Below are positions 50,606-59,173 of a stretch of DNA of 64,000 nucleotides, in pieces. The notes below the pieces were generated by a model. That model was not told the origin of the DNA, made no database searches, and was given only the letters and a program-made list of their open reading frames with translations. The stretch is from the NCBI GenBank assembly GCA_036398925.1, contig DASWOB010000022.1, positions 53,244 through 117,243 of the forward strand, given 5' to 3'. The translations under genes were made by a program, and so were the position numbers. Numbering within the stretch: the stretch's first letter is position 1; each line of letters begins with the position of its first letter. The stretch is from Thermoanaerobaculia bacterium. Its GTDB lineage: Bacteria > Acidobacteriota > Thermoanaerobaculia > Gp7-AA8.

Positions 50606-50815
50606 CCTTCAACTTTAAGGGCGAACGCTTAAAGTTGAAGAACGATCGCTTCAACTTTGAGAACGATCGCTTCAGTTTTAAGAACGATCGCTTCAACTTT
50701 AAGAACAATCGCTTCAACTTTAAGGACGATCGCTTCAACTTTAAGGGCGATCGCTTCAGTTTTAAGGGCGATCGCTTCAACTTTAAGGACGATCGCTTCA
50801 ACTTTAAGGACGATT
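50606..50815. repeat. About 10 tandem copies of a 21-bp repeat (CGATCGCTTCAACTTTAAGGA consensus), AT-richer than the genome
   Basis: 50606-50815 reads aacgcttaaagttgaag aacgatcgcttcaactttgag aacgatcgcttcagttttaag ... gacgatcgcttcaactttaag. Each unit contains the palindromic CGATCG and the imperfect palindrome CTTCAACTTTAAG. It lies in the divergent intergenic region between pstS and gene 50933..51418. Confidence 0.85.
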
Positions 50816-50932
50816 CGCCCGGATTGGAGGGGCGCGGCCGGGCACCACCGGCGTCGCCGACCCTTCCCTCACCTTCGAATCGCTGAAAGACCGAATGAAT
50901 CCAAGACAGAGAAAGAAAAAGGAGAAGAAATC

Positions 50933-51418
50933 ATGGCTACTACCACCCCGGTCACCTCCCCGCATGTCGAGGCCGCTAAAGAGCTCCTCGTGAAGATCCG
51001 TGCTCTGCGCACGGAGATCCCCCGGTTCGTTCTCGACGATCCGGCCGAAACCCAGTTCCTCGGCCGCATCGCTGCCGTCACCGAAGAGTTCATCGAGGCG
51101 GCCTGCGTTGCGCTCCAGCGTTCGGCACGCCTCGAAACGGCAGCCGGCGCGAATGCCACCGCGCTGCGTGACGCGTACAACTACGCGCTCGCGTATGAGG
51201 CGGTCGTCACCGAACTGCACGCGCTGACCCGCTGTATGACTCACACGATCCGCGTCCAGCGCGCCGCCGCGCGTGACGTCTACGTCCTCGCCAAGCGGAT
51301 CGCGAACAAGAAAGGGGGCGCCGAGCTGATCCCGCACGTCGCCGACATGCGCAAGAAGCTCAATAGTAAACGGCGCAAAGAGCCGAACAAGCCGGCCGAC
51401 GTGGCCGTGAAGGCGTAA
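50933..51418 (+). CDS. Hypothetical protein (161 aa)
   Basis: ATG at 50933 with SD aaaaaggag 8 nt upstream: MATTTPVTSPHVEAAKELLVKIRALRTEIPRFVLDD... The ORF-track start at 50657 translates the 21-bp repeats (RTIASTL heptads) and is rejected. Confidence 0.55.
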   Translation: MATTTPVTSPHVEAAKELLVKIRALRTEIPRFVLDDPAETQFLGRIAAVTEEFIEAACVALQRSARLETAAGANATALRDAYNYALAYEAVVTELHALTRCMTHTIRVQRAAARDVYVLAKRIANKKGGAELIPHVADMRKKLNSKRRKEPNKPADVAVKA

Positions 51419-51520
51419 GGTTTCCGGAGGGGCGGTGCTGCAGCGCTGTCCCTCCGATGTCGTTCACCCAAGGAGACGGGAGGACGAGGGGTGGGCCGAA
51501 GCCCACACCCCACCACACCG

Positions 51521-52273
51521 TCACGCCACGGCAGGCGCGCCGATCGGCACTTCCACCACCCGGAACGGCGGCCGGTCGGGATAGTGCGCCGCCAGCACCG
51601 GCATGGCGACGTTGTAGACCGGCGCGGCGTTCTTGGTGCGCCCTTCCGGGAAGCCTCGATGGGCGTGGCCGTGGAAGACGGCGTTGACGCGGTAGCGGTC
51701 CAGCGGCTCTTCGAGCCGGCTCGAGCCGAGGAAAGCGACGATCTCGAGCGGCTCCCCTTCGACCGTGGCCTGGATCGGCGAGTAGTGCAGCACGCCGATC
51801 TTCTGCGGCGTGCGCAGGCGGGCCAGCGCCGACTCGAGCTTCAGCGATTCGTTGATCGCCTCGTGCACGAAGTCCTTGATGATCTGCTCCCCCCACGCGC
51901 CGAGGGCGCGGCGGCCGAAACCGCCGGCGAAGCCCTTCACGCCGGCGAAGCCGACGCCGTGCAGCTCGTACGAGTCGCCGTCGAGCACGACCACACCGGC
52001 ATCGGTCAGGATCTGCGTCAGCTCTTTCTCTTTGTTCGATTCGAGGTCGTGATTGCCGAGGACGGCGATGGCGGGGATGCGCAGCGCGGTGGTGATCTCC
52101 TTCGCCAGGATCTTCCCCTCCTCGATGGTCCCGTAGTCGGTGAGGTCGCCGCAGAGCAGCAGCACGTCCGCCTCTTCGGTCACCTTCGCGAAGATCGGCT
52201 GCAAGGCCCCCTGGGAGGTCTTCTTGACGTGAATGTCGGCGATGGCGGCAATCCGTAGTGTGTCGCGATCCAT
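51521..52273 (-). CDS. Calcineurin-like metallophosphoesterase (YfcE/MJ0936-like phosphodiesterase)
   Basis: 250-aa ORF with MPP motifs in order: AIADIHV (D-x-H), LLCGDLTD (GD), VLGNHD (GNH[DE]), then GHAHRG. Confidence 0.8.
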   Translation of the reverse strand: MDRDTLRIAAIADIHVKKTSQGALQPIFAKVTEEADVLLLCGDLTDYGTIEEGKILAKEITTALRIPAIAVLGNHDLESNKEKELTQILTDAGVVVLDGDSYELHGVGFAGVKGFAGGFGRRALGAWGEQIIKDFVHEAINESLKLESALARLRTPQKIGVLHYSPIQATVEGEPLEIVAFLGSSRLEEPLDRYRVNAVFHGHAHRGFPEGRTKNAAPVYNVAMPVLAAHYPDRPPFRVVEVPIGAPAVA

Positions 52274-52298
52274 TGATTCGCTCCGTTGACCGAAGTCT

Positions 52299-53111
52299 CT
52301 ACTTCGCTCCGTCGATGGCGATCCCGGCGGTCCACTGCTCGATCTCGTCCTCGGACATCAGCTCATCGACGCGGCGCGCATCGGCGTAGCCCCACTCGTT
52401 GATGTCCTTGAGGTACTGCTGCCGCGAGATGACGGTGCCGTAGCAGATGCGGTCCTCGAGATTGCCTTCTCTCGTCTCGCGGGCCAGGCGCTGCGCGAGC
52501 TCGGTCAAGACCCAGCCCGGCACCTGCTCGCGATCGCTCGGATAGATGAAACCGTAGAGCACGAGGTGCGCGTAGAGCACGCGCCAGTAGCTGCCGTAAC
52601 GATCGATCAGCCGGCGCCAGTCGAGCTTCGCGCCGGTGGCGTGAATGACGTGGGCCACGTCGGCGCCGTCGAAGCGCTCGCGCTCGAAGATCAGCCCCTT
52701 CGACCAGATCATCTCCTCGGCCGGAATCAGCTCGACGTCGACGCCGAAGACGCGCTCCGGCACGGCGTTGTCGAACCAGACGTCGTCGACGCAGGCCACG
52801 CCATTGCCGGCGCTGAAGATCAGGTCGATGAAGTCATCGCCCTCGCCCCATGCCTTGCCGAGCCAGTGCGGAAAGGTCAGCTCGCTCTTGTAGCCGGCGC
52901 GGTGAAAGGCCCACGACGCGCGGCGAAAGTCCTCCCGCCGGATAAAGACGTCGAAATCTTTGGTGTGCCGCTCGATCCCGGTATAGCGCGCGAAGGCGTA
53001 CGCACCGCCGACCAGATGCGGTACGCCCGCATCCGTCAGTATCTTGAGCGCGTGCCGGTAAAACCGGATGCTCTTCTCGTCCAGCACCAGTTGCTGTGGG
53101 TTCGCTGCCAT
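52299..53111 (-). CDS. Pol-beta-superfamily nucleotidyltransferase-fold protein (minimal NTase, PF14907-like)
   Basis: 270-aa ORF. HLVGGAYAFARYTGIERHTKDFDVFI matches hG[GS]-x(9-13)-Dh[DE]h, and a third acidic motif DDFIDLIF lies downstream. It is co-oriented and 25 nt upstream of the metallophosphoesterase. Confidence 0.5.
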   Translation of the reverse strand: MAANPQQLVLDEKSIRFYRHALKILTDAGVPHLVGGAYAFARYTGIERHTKDFDVFIRREDFRRASWAFHRAGYKSELTFPHWLGKAWGEGDDFIDLIFSAGNGVACVDDVWFDNAVPERVFGVDVELIPAEEMIWSKGLIFERERFDGADVAHVIHATGAKLDWRRLIDRYGSYWRVLYAHLVLYGFIYPSDREQVPGWVLTELAQRLARETREGNLEDRICYGTVISRQQYLKDINEWGYADARRVDELMSEDEIEQWTAGIAIDGAK

Positions 53112-53221
53112 CTGCTGCTCCGTTCTCTGCCGGCCGCCTGGGCGGTCTAAGAGTTATTAGTGCAGCGGACGTGCCGGGGGTGGGGCCAGATGCTCAGCTA
53201 CTCAGCTGTTCAGCTGTTCAG

Positions 53222-54073
53222 CTAGCCGCGCTTGCGCGCTTCATCAATGATGATCGGCGCGCTGACCGTCACCAGGCGGATGACCGGCACGGCCGTCCCG
53301 ATGCGCAGCACTTTCAGCTCGCGCAGGCCGCGGGAGGCGTCGCACGCCTTGAGGTTGCAGACGATGTCGCCGTCGCGCTCGGTGCGTGCTTCGAGGGCCG
53401 GGGGAGCTTTTCCGTCCTTCACCTTCAGCGCGATCGGGCCGTTCTGCGTGGCGGCCTCGATCTTCCCGGTCACGCGGTCGAGCGTCACGCCGCCGCTTTC
53501 GGTGGTGATCCGGAAGTCGCCGCTCGACTGGGCGATGGAGATGCCGCCGTTGGTGGCGCGCGCCGTGACCTTGCCGCTCATGTTGCGGATGGCGATACCG
53601 CCGTTCTGCGAGAGCACCTCGACCTCGGCCTTCTTCGGCACGTAGAGGATCATGTTCACCCACCAGACCTGGGTCTGGTCCATCGGCGGCCCCTGGACGG
53701 TGAGGTCGCCGTTGGCGAACGGCACGGAGATCGCGGTGAGCGCGCGCTGCGCCTGCGCCCTGGTCTGCGCGCCGGCGTACTTGCAGATCACCAGGCGGGC
53801 GAACGGTTTGTCCCAGCCGCGGATCGAGACGCCCCCTTCTTCACTGGCGCGGATCTTCAGCAGCTTGACGCCGGTGAGGGCCACCTCGCGCTGCTCCTGA
53901 TCGTGGACCTGCGCGGCGAACGAGGTGAAGGTGGTCTTGTAAAAGTGGTCGCAGTCGGTCGCCTCGGCAAGCGAGTGGTCCTGTTCTGCTCCGATGATCT
54001 GCCGCTGTAGCGCTCCCTCGGCGGGAAGGGCCAGCAACAGGACCGCGAGCGCGGTCAGCGCGAGTGATCTCAT
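53222..54073 (-). CDS. Secreted beta-rich protein (DUF4097-like putative adhesin repeats)
   Basis: 283-aa ORF with a signal peptide MRSLALTALAVLLLALPAEGA. Repeated G(G)I(S/A)I..(S/T)G.(V/I) strands (NGGIAIRNMSGKVTARATNGGISIAQSSGDFRITTESGGVTL) resemble DUF4097/DUF4098 beta-helix repeats. Confidence 0.4.
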   Translation of the reverse strand: MRSLALTALAVLLLALPAEGALQRQIIGAEQDHSLAEATDCDHFYKTTFTSFAAQVHDQEQREVALTGVKLLKIRASEEGGVSIRGWDKPFARLVICKYAGAQTRAQAQRALTAISVPFANGDLTVQGPPMDQTQVWWVNMILYVPKKAEVEVLSQNGGIAIRNMSGKVTARATNGGISIAQSSGDFRITTESGGVTLDRVTGKIEAATQNGPIALKVKDGKAPPALEARTERDGDIVCNLKACDASRGLRELKVLRIGTAVPVIRLVTVSAPIIIDEARKRG

Positions 54074-54386
54074 GCTCTGTTCACTACCACTACGGTTACG
54101 ACCGACATTCCGTTAGGTTTCGTTCCCGTTACGAAATTGGCGGCAGGTACGGTAGCGTCTGTGCGAAAGCCAGCAGCGCAGCAGCACCACCGGCGTGTGG
54201 AAGAGTAACTGAAAGCCGGCCGCCCTTCTCCACGAAGTGAGTGGCCGGTGCGGTGTGGGCTTCCAGCCCACCCCTCGTCGTTGCGCCGGAGACGTCGCGT
54301 CGTCAGGTGACGCGGGCACGACTGTCAGGTGGCAACGCCTGTGCACGCTGGGCCTTTCGCCGATTGAATTGGATGGAGGAGTATCG

Positions 54387-55553
54387 ATGGCAACAGCACA
54401 GCCGACGGTCGACCATGACGAGATTCGCGAATGGGTGGAGGCGCGCGGCGGGCATCCCGCGGCGGTGCGCGCAACCGGATCGGGCAACGACCCCGGCATC
54501 CTGCGCATCGATTTCCCCGGCTTTTCGGGCGAGGACACGCTCGAAGAGATCGAGTGGGAGGAGTTCTTCGACTGGTTCGAGAAGAACAACCTCGCGCTCC
54601 TGCTCTCCGATGAAGAGGGCAACCGCTTCAACAAGCTGGTGAGCCGCGAAGCGCTGGCCGGTGCGTCGTCGTCATCGAAGCGCGGCTCGCGCGGAGGCGG
54701 CGCGAAGAAAGCCTCGTCGAAGACGTCGAGCAGCGGTGCGAAAAAGGCGGGCAGCTCGCGCAGCATGAAGAAGGAGTCGTCGTTGTCATCGCGCGGTGGC
54801 GGCAGCAGGAAAGCCGCGGCATCGACCAGGAAGGCCGCCAGCTCGAAGAAGGCCTCGTCGTCGACGAAGAAGGCCTCCGGCGCCGGATCGACCAGGAAGG
54901 CCGCCCCGGCGAAGAAGGCCGCGTCTACCTCCTCGAAGAAGAGCTCCACCAGCGACAAGTCGCGCGGCACCACCGCCAAGAAGACTTCGGCTTCGACGAA
55001 GAAGGCCTCAGCCTCCACGAAGAAAGCGTCAGCCTCCTCGAAGAAAGCCTCGGCATCCTCGAAGAAAGCCGCGGGATCCTCCAGGAAAGCCGCGACCTCT
55101 TCGAAGAAGACCACCACCAGGAAGAGCACCTCCACGAAAACCGCCAGTGCCGCGTCGCGTGGCGGCAGCAAGAAAGCCACGAGCTCGACGAAGCGCGCCA
55201 GCGGCCCGATCTCGAGCGGCGGCCGCAAAGCATCGGGCGCCTCCTCGAAGAAAGCCTCCTCCTCGAAAGGATCTTCGAAGAAGAGCAGCGGCAGCTCCGT
55301 CACCACCACCAACCACGACGAGATCCGCAACTGGGTCGAAGCGCGCGGCGGCTTCCCCGCGCACGTGAAACGCACCGGCTCGCGCCGCGGCGATCTCGGC
55401 GTGCTGCGCATCGACTACCCCGGCTTCTCCGGCACCGACACGCTGGAGCGGATCGACTGGGAGGAGTGGTTCGCCGCGTTCGACCGGAACAAGCTGGCCT
55501 TCCTCTACCAGGACAAACGCAACTCCCGGTTCTCGAAGCTGGTGGCACGCTAG
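54387..55553 (+). CDS. Protein with two copies of an about 75-aa conserved domain flanking an about 230-aa histone-H1-like Lys/Ser/Ala-rich linker
   Basis: ATG at 54387 with SD ggagga 8 nt upstream. N-terminal domain: TVDHDEIREWVEARGGHPAAVRATGSGNDPGILRIDFPGFSGEDTLEEIEWEEFFDWFEKNNLALLLSDEEGNRFNKLVSRE. C-terminal domain: TTNHDEIRNWVEARGGFPAHVKRTGSRRGDLGVLRIDYPGFSGTDTLERIDWEEWFAAFDRNKLAFLYQDKRNSRFSKLVAR. The linker is (KKAS/STKKASA)n. The ORF-track start at 54237 is an upstream extension. Confidence 0.6.
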   Translation: MATAQPTVDHDEIREWVEARGGHPAAVRATGSGNDPGILRIDFPGFSGEDTLEEIEWEEFFDWFEKNNLALLLSDEEGNRFNKLVSREALAGASSSSKRGSRGGGAKKASSKTSSSGAKKAGSSRSMKKESSLSSRGGGSRKAAASTRKAASSKKASSSTKKASGAGSTRKAAPAKKAASTSSKKSSTSDKSRGTTAKKTSASTKKASASTKKASASSKKASASSKKAAGSSRKAATSSKKTTTRKSTSTKTASAASRGGSKKATSSTKRASGPISSGGRKASGASSKKASSSKGSSKKSSGSSVTTTNHDEIRNWVEARGGFPAHVKRTGSRRGDLGVLRIDYPGFSGTDTLERIDWEEWFAAFDRNKLAFLYQDKRNSRFSKLVAR

Positions 55554-55562
55554 ACTCGGCTC

Positions 55563-58508
55563 GTGAGCCGCGAGTTCCACCGCTACGACGCAGTTCCTTT
55601 CCCGCACGCTGAGCGGCCGGTCGCGGAGCGCTTCGAGCACCGCGACCGGCTGCAGGATCTGTCGATCGATGCCGGGGCGCTGGCCGAGGCGCTGCGCCGC
55701 GCCATTCGCGGCGAGGTGCGCTTCGACGATGGCTCGCGCGCGCTCTACGCCACCGACGCCTCCAACTACCGCCAGGTGCCGATCGGCGTGGTCATGCCGC
55801 GCGATGCGGCCGACGTCATCGCCACCGTGGCCCTGGCCCGCCAGCATGGCGCGCCGATCCTCGGACGCGGCGCGGGCACCAGCCTGGCCGGCCAGTGCTG
55901 CAACGTGGCGGTGGTGCTCGACATGTCGAAGTACATGCACTCGATCGTCGAGATGAACCCGGCCGGCAGGTTCGCGCGCGTCGAGCCGGGCATCGTCCTG
56001 GACGACCTGCGCCGCGAGGCGGAGCGCCACACGCTGACCTTCGCTCCCGATCCGGCCACCCACGCGCAGTGCACCCTCGGCGGCATGATCGGCAACAACT
56101 CCTGCGGCATCCACTCGATCATGTCGGGCAAGACCGTCGACAACATCGAGGAGCTCGAGATCCTGACGTACGACGGCATCCGCATGCGCGTCGGCCCGAC
56201 CACCGACGGCGAGCTCGCGCGGATCATTTCCGAAGGTGGCCGGCGCGGTGAGATCTACCGCGGGCTGGCCGGCATCCGTGACAAATACGCGGAGCTGATC
56301 CGCGCAAAGTTCCCGCGCATCCCGCGCCGCGTCTCCGGCTACAACCTCGACGAGCTGCTGCCGGAGAACGGCTTCCACGTGGCGCGCTCGCTGGTCGGCA
56401 GCGAGTCGACCTGCGCGCTGGTCCTCGAGGCGAAGACGAAGCTCGTCTACAGCCCCCCCGCGCGCACGCTGCTGGTCCTCGCCTACCCGTCCGTCTACGA
56501 CGCGGCCGACGACGTGCCGCGCGTGCTCGGCTTCGGTCCGATCGGCCTGGAAGGCTTCGACGACCTCCTCGTGCGCGACCAGAAGTACAAGAACATGAAC
56601 CCGCACGGCATCGCTCTGCTCCCGCCGGGCGGCGGCTGGCTGCTGGTGGAGTTCGGCGGCGAGACGCTCGCGGAGTCGACCGAGAAAGCGCAGCGCCTCG
56701 CCTCGTCGATGGCCGCCACGCGCACGCGCCTGTTCGACAACAACTCGAAAGAGGCCCGCTTCGTCTGGGCCGTCCGCGAGTCCGGTCTCGGCGCCACCGG
56801 GCACGTCCCGGGCAAGCCGCTGATGTGGGAAGGGTGGGAGGACGCGGCGGTCGCGCCGGAGAAGCTCGGCGGCTACCTGCGCGACCTTCGCCAGCTGCTC
56901 GACCGCTATCAGTACGGCGGCGATTTCTACGGCCACTTCGGCGACGGTTGCGTGCACACGCGCACGAACTTCGACCTCACCAGCGATCCGGGCATCGCGA
57001 AGTTCCGCGCCTTCATCAACGACGCCGCCGATCTGGTCGCGTCGTACGGCGGGTCGTTCTCCGGCGAGCATGGCGACGGTCAGGCGCGCGCCGCCCTGCT
57101 GGAAAAGATGTTCGGCCCCGAGCTGATGGAGGCCTTCCGCGAGTTCAAGTCGCTCTGGGATCCGGAGTGGAAGATGAACCCGGGGAAGCTGATCACCCCG
57201 TACGAGCCGGACGAGAACCTCCGCCTCGGCAGCAAATACGCGCCGTGGAATCCGAAGACCCACTTTGCGTACGCCGAGGATCACGGCCGGATGAACCACG
57301 CCGTCCTGCGCTGCGTGGGTGTGGGACGCTGCCGCCGGCTCGACGGCGGAACGATGTGCCCGAGCTACCAGGTCACGCGGGAAGAAGAACACTCGACCCG
57401 CGGCAGGGCGCGCCTTCTCTTCGAGATGTTCGAGGGGAAAGTGACGCCGGCCACCTGGAGGAACGAGGCGGTCAAGGACGCGCTCGACCTATGCCTGGCC
57501 TGCAAAGGGTGCAAAGGCGACTGCCCGACCCAGGTCGACATGGCCACCTACAAGGCCGAGTTCATGTCGCACTACTACAAACGGCGCCTGCGGCCGATCC
57601 AGGCCTACACCATGGGGCAGATCCACTTCTGGGCCGGCATCGCCTCGAAAGTGCCGCGCCTCGCCAACGTGATGATGTCGCTGCCGTTCGCGAACACGTT
57701 CGCCGGCGTGGCCAAAGAGCGGAAAATGCCCCGCTTCGCCCGGGCAACCTTCGTCGAACAGTTCACCCCCCGCGCCGTCAAGCCGGGAGCGAAGCGGGTC
57801 GTGCTCTGGCCCGACACCTTCAACAATCACTTCCTGCCGAAGACCGCGCACGCCGCGGCGTCGGCCCTCGAGGAAGCGGGTTACGCGGTCGAGCTGCCGG
57901 CGACGAAGAAGCGCCTCTGCTGCGGCCGGCCGCTCTACGACTGGGGTTTTCTCGATCAGGCCAAACGGCTGCTGCGCGAGACCATGGACGCGCTCCGGCC
58001 GCAGCTCGATCTCGGGCTGCCGATCGTGGGGCTGGAGCCGAGCTGCGTCTCGACGTTTCGTGATGAACTGCCGAACCTCTTCCCGAAAGACGAATACGCG
58101 AAGAAGCTCGCCGCCTCGGCCATGACCCTCTCCGAGTTCATCGCCCGCGAGGGCGACGCCTTCCCGCTGCCGTCGCTCGCGAAGAAAGCGATCGTCCAGG
58201 CGCACTGCCATCACAAGGCGGTGATGCGCTTCGACGCGGAGGAGGCCATCCTGCGGCGGATGGGGCTCGACCTCGATCATCCCGATTCCGGCTGCTGCGG
58301 GATGGCGGGGGCGTTCGGCTTCGCGGCGGAGCACTACGACCTCTCGATGAAGCTCGGCGAGCGGGTCATCCTGCCGATGGTGCGGGAGGCCCCGCCCGAG
58401 ACGCTGATCCTCGCCAACGGCTTTTCCTGCCGCGAGCAGATCGAGCAGGGGAGCGGACGAGAGACGCTGCACTTCGCGGAAGTGCTGAAGATGGCGTACG
58501 AGCAGTGA
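55563..58508 (+). CDS. FAD-linked oxidase fused to an Fe-S (GlcF/CCG-type) domain; YdiJ/D-2-hydroxyacid dehydrogenase-like
   Basis: 981-aa ORF. The N-terminal FAD_binding_4 domain has PIGVVMPRDAADV, PILGRGAGTSLAGQ and GGMIGNNSCG. The middle has a 4Fe-4S cysteine cluster (CLACKGCKGDCP, CVGVGRCRR). The C-terminal has two CCG-like domains (CCGRPL, CCGMAGAFG). The architecture is that of E. coli YdiJ. Confidence 0.8.
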   Translation: MSREFHRYDAVPFPHAERPVAERFEHRDRLQDLSIDAGALAEALRRAIRGEVRFDDGSRALYATDASNYRQVPIGVVMPRDAADVIATVALARQHGAPILGRGAGTSLAGQCCNVAVVLDMSKYMHSIVEMNPAGRFARVEPGIVLDDLRREAERHTLTFAPDPATHAQCTLGGMIGNNSCGIHSIMSGKTVDNIEELEILTYDGIRMRVGPTTDGELARIISEGGRRGEIYRGLAGIRDKYAELIRAKFPRIPRRVSGYNLDELLPENGFHVARSLVGSESTCALVLEAKTKLVYSPPARTLLVLAYPSVYDAADDVPRVLGFGPIGLEGFDDLLVRDQKYKNMNPHGIALLPPGGGWLLVEFGGETLAESTEKAQRLASSMAATRTRLFDNNSKEARFVWAVRESGLGATGHVPGKPLMWEGWEDAAVAPEKLGGYLRDLRQLLDRYQYGGDFYGHFGDGCVHTRTNFDLTSDPGIAKFRAFINDAADLVASYGGSFSGEHGDGQARAALLEKMFGPELMEAFREFKSLWDPEWKMNPGKLITPYEPDENLRLGSKYAPWNPKTHFAYAEDHGRMNHAVLRCVGVGRCRRLDGGTMCPSYQVTREEEHSTRGRARLLFEMFEGKVTPATWRNEAVKDALDLCLACKGCKGDCPTQVDMATYKAEFMSHYYKRRLRPIQAYTMGQIHFWAGIASKVPRLANVMMSLPFANTFAGVAKERKMPRFARATFVEQFTPRAVKPGAKRVVLWPDTFNNHFLPKTAHAAASALEEAGYAVELPATKKRLCCGRPLYDWGFLDQAKRLLRETMDALRPQLDLGLPIVGLEPSCVSTFRDELPNLFPKDEYAKKLAASAMTLSEFIAREGDAFPLPSLAKKAIVQAHCHHKAVMRFDAEEAILRRMGLDLDHPDSGCCGMAGAFGFAAEHYDLSMKLGERVILPMVREAPPETLILANGFSCREQIEQGSGRETLHFAEVLKMAYEQ

Positions 58509-58599
58509 CCGGATGGGCCCGATTCACCGCACGCCGCGAGCTGGTTTTTGCGCTTGGCGGAAAGCGGGCCGATGCTGGCCACGCGGGTGTGAGGTTCTC

Positions 58600-58665
58600 A
58601 GCGTTCCTCGGGGTTCCTCGGGTCCGGGTTCCGCCGAGGAACCGAGGAGCTCCGAGGAACCGACG
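58600..58665. repeat. Convergent-gene hairpin built from tandem nonamers: (GTTCCTCGG)x3 versus (CCGAGGAAC)x3
   Basis: gcgttcctcggggttcctcgggtccgggttccgccgaggaaccgaggagctccgaggaaccgacgaacc lies between the YdiJ-like stop (58508) and the KGG protein stop (58675). Confidence 0.75.
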
Positions 58666-58674
58666 AACCGGCTC

Positions 58675-59091
58675 TTACGCTCTGTCGCGATTCGAGAGCG
58701 TGTTGTTGTCGTTCGTGTTCTCGCGATCGCGCTCGCGGTTCCCGGACGACGAGAAGCCGCCGCCGTTGCGCTCGAAGGCACTCCGCTCCTCGTTGATTTC
58801 GCGCACGAACGGCTGGCCGCCCGTGTTCTGCGCGACGTCGTTGCCGCCGCCGCTGCTGCCGGCCGCACGGGCACGTGCGCCGCGGCTGTGGCCACCTTCG
58901 CGGCCGATCGCGGCCATGTGCGCGCGATCCCGGCTCACCGCCTCGCCGCCTTTGCGGCCGGCTACGCGAGCCTCTTCCGAAGTGAACTCGTGAGCCGTAC
59001 CTTTCGCGTGAGCGGCGCGTCCGCCTTTGCTCGCAATCTCACGCTGCTTGTTCGGATCCATCGACGCAAAACCGCGCTTGCTGGTTGCCAT
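58675..59091 (-). CDS. KGG-repeat general stress protein (YciG/Con-10-like)
   Basis: ATG at 59091 with SD aaggag: MATSKRGFASMDPNKQREIASKGGRAAHAKGTAHEFTSEEARVAGRKGGEA...IGREGGHSRG. It has repeated KGG/EGG stress-protein motifs and a Gly/Asn-rich tail. The ORF-track 5' extension is junk. Confidence 0.7.
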   Translation of the reverse strand: MATSKRGFASMDPNKQREIASKGGRAAHAKGTAHEFTSEEARVAGRKGGEAVSRDRAHMAAIGREGGHSRGARARAAGSSGGGNDVAQNTGGQPFVREINEERSAFERNGGGFSSSGNRERDRENTNDNNTLSNRDRA

Positions 59092-59173
59092 GAAGTGTCT
59101 CCTTCCGGGGTTGAATGAAGCAGTACCGTGTCCCTCACCGTACTTGCGTTTGCGAGTTATATGGACCAGCACG

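Noticed and set aside
50606-50815. Replication origin (oriC) hypothesis for the AT-richer 21-bp array
   Set aside because: There are no DnaA boxes (TTATCCACA-like), and no dnaA, dnaN or gidA genes nearby. Phosphate genes flank the array.
50657-50932. N-terminal extension of ORF 50657..51418 (RTIAS(T/V)L x10)
   Set aside because: It is a translation of the 21-bp direct repeat array. The real gene starts at ATG 50933, which has a strong SD.
55029-57392. 787-aa minus-strand ORF, and 54113..55411 minus-strand ORF
   Set aside because: They are antisense shadows of the YdiJ-like FAD/Fe-S oxidoreductase and of the H1-like linker protein. The composition is Ala/Arg/Gly junk.
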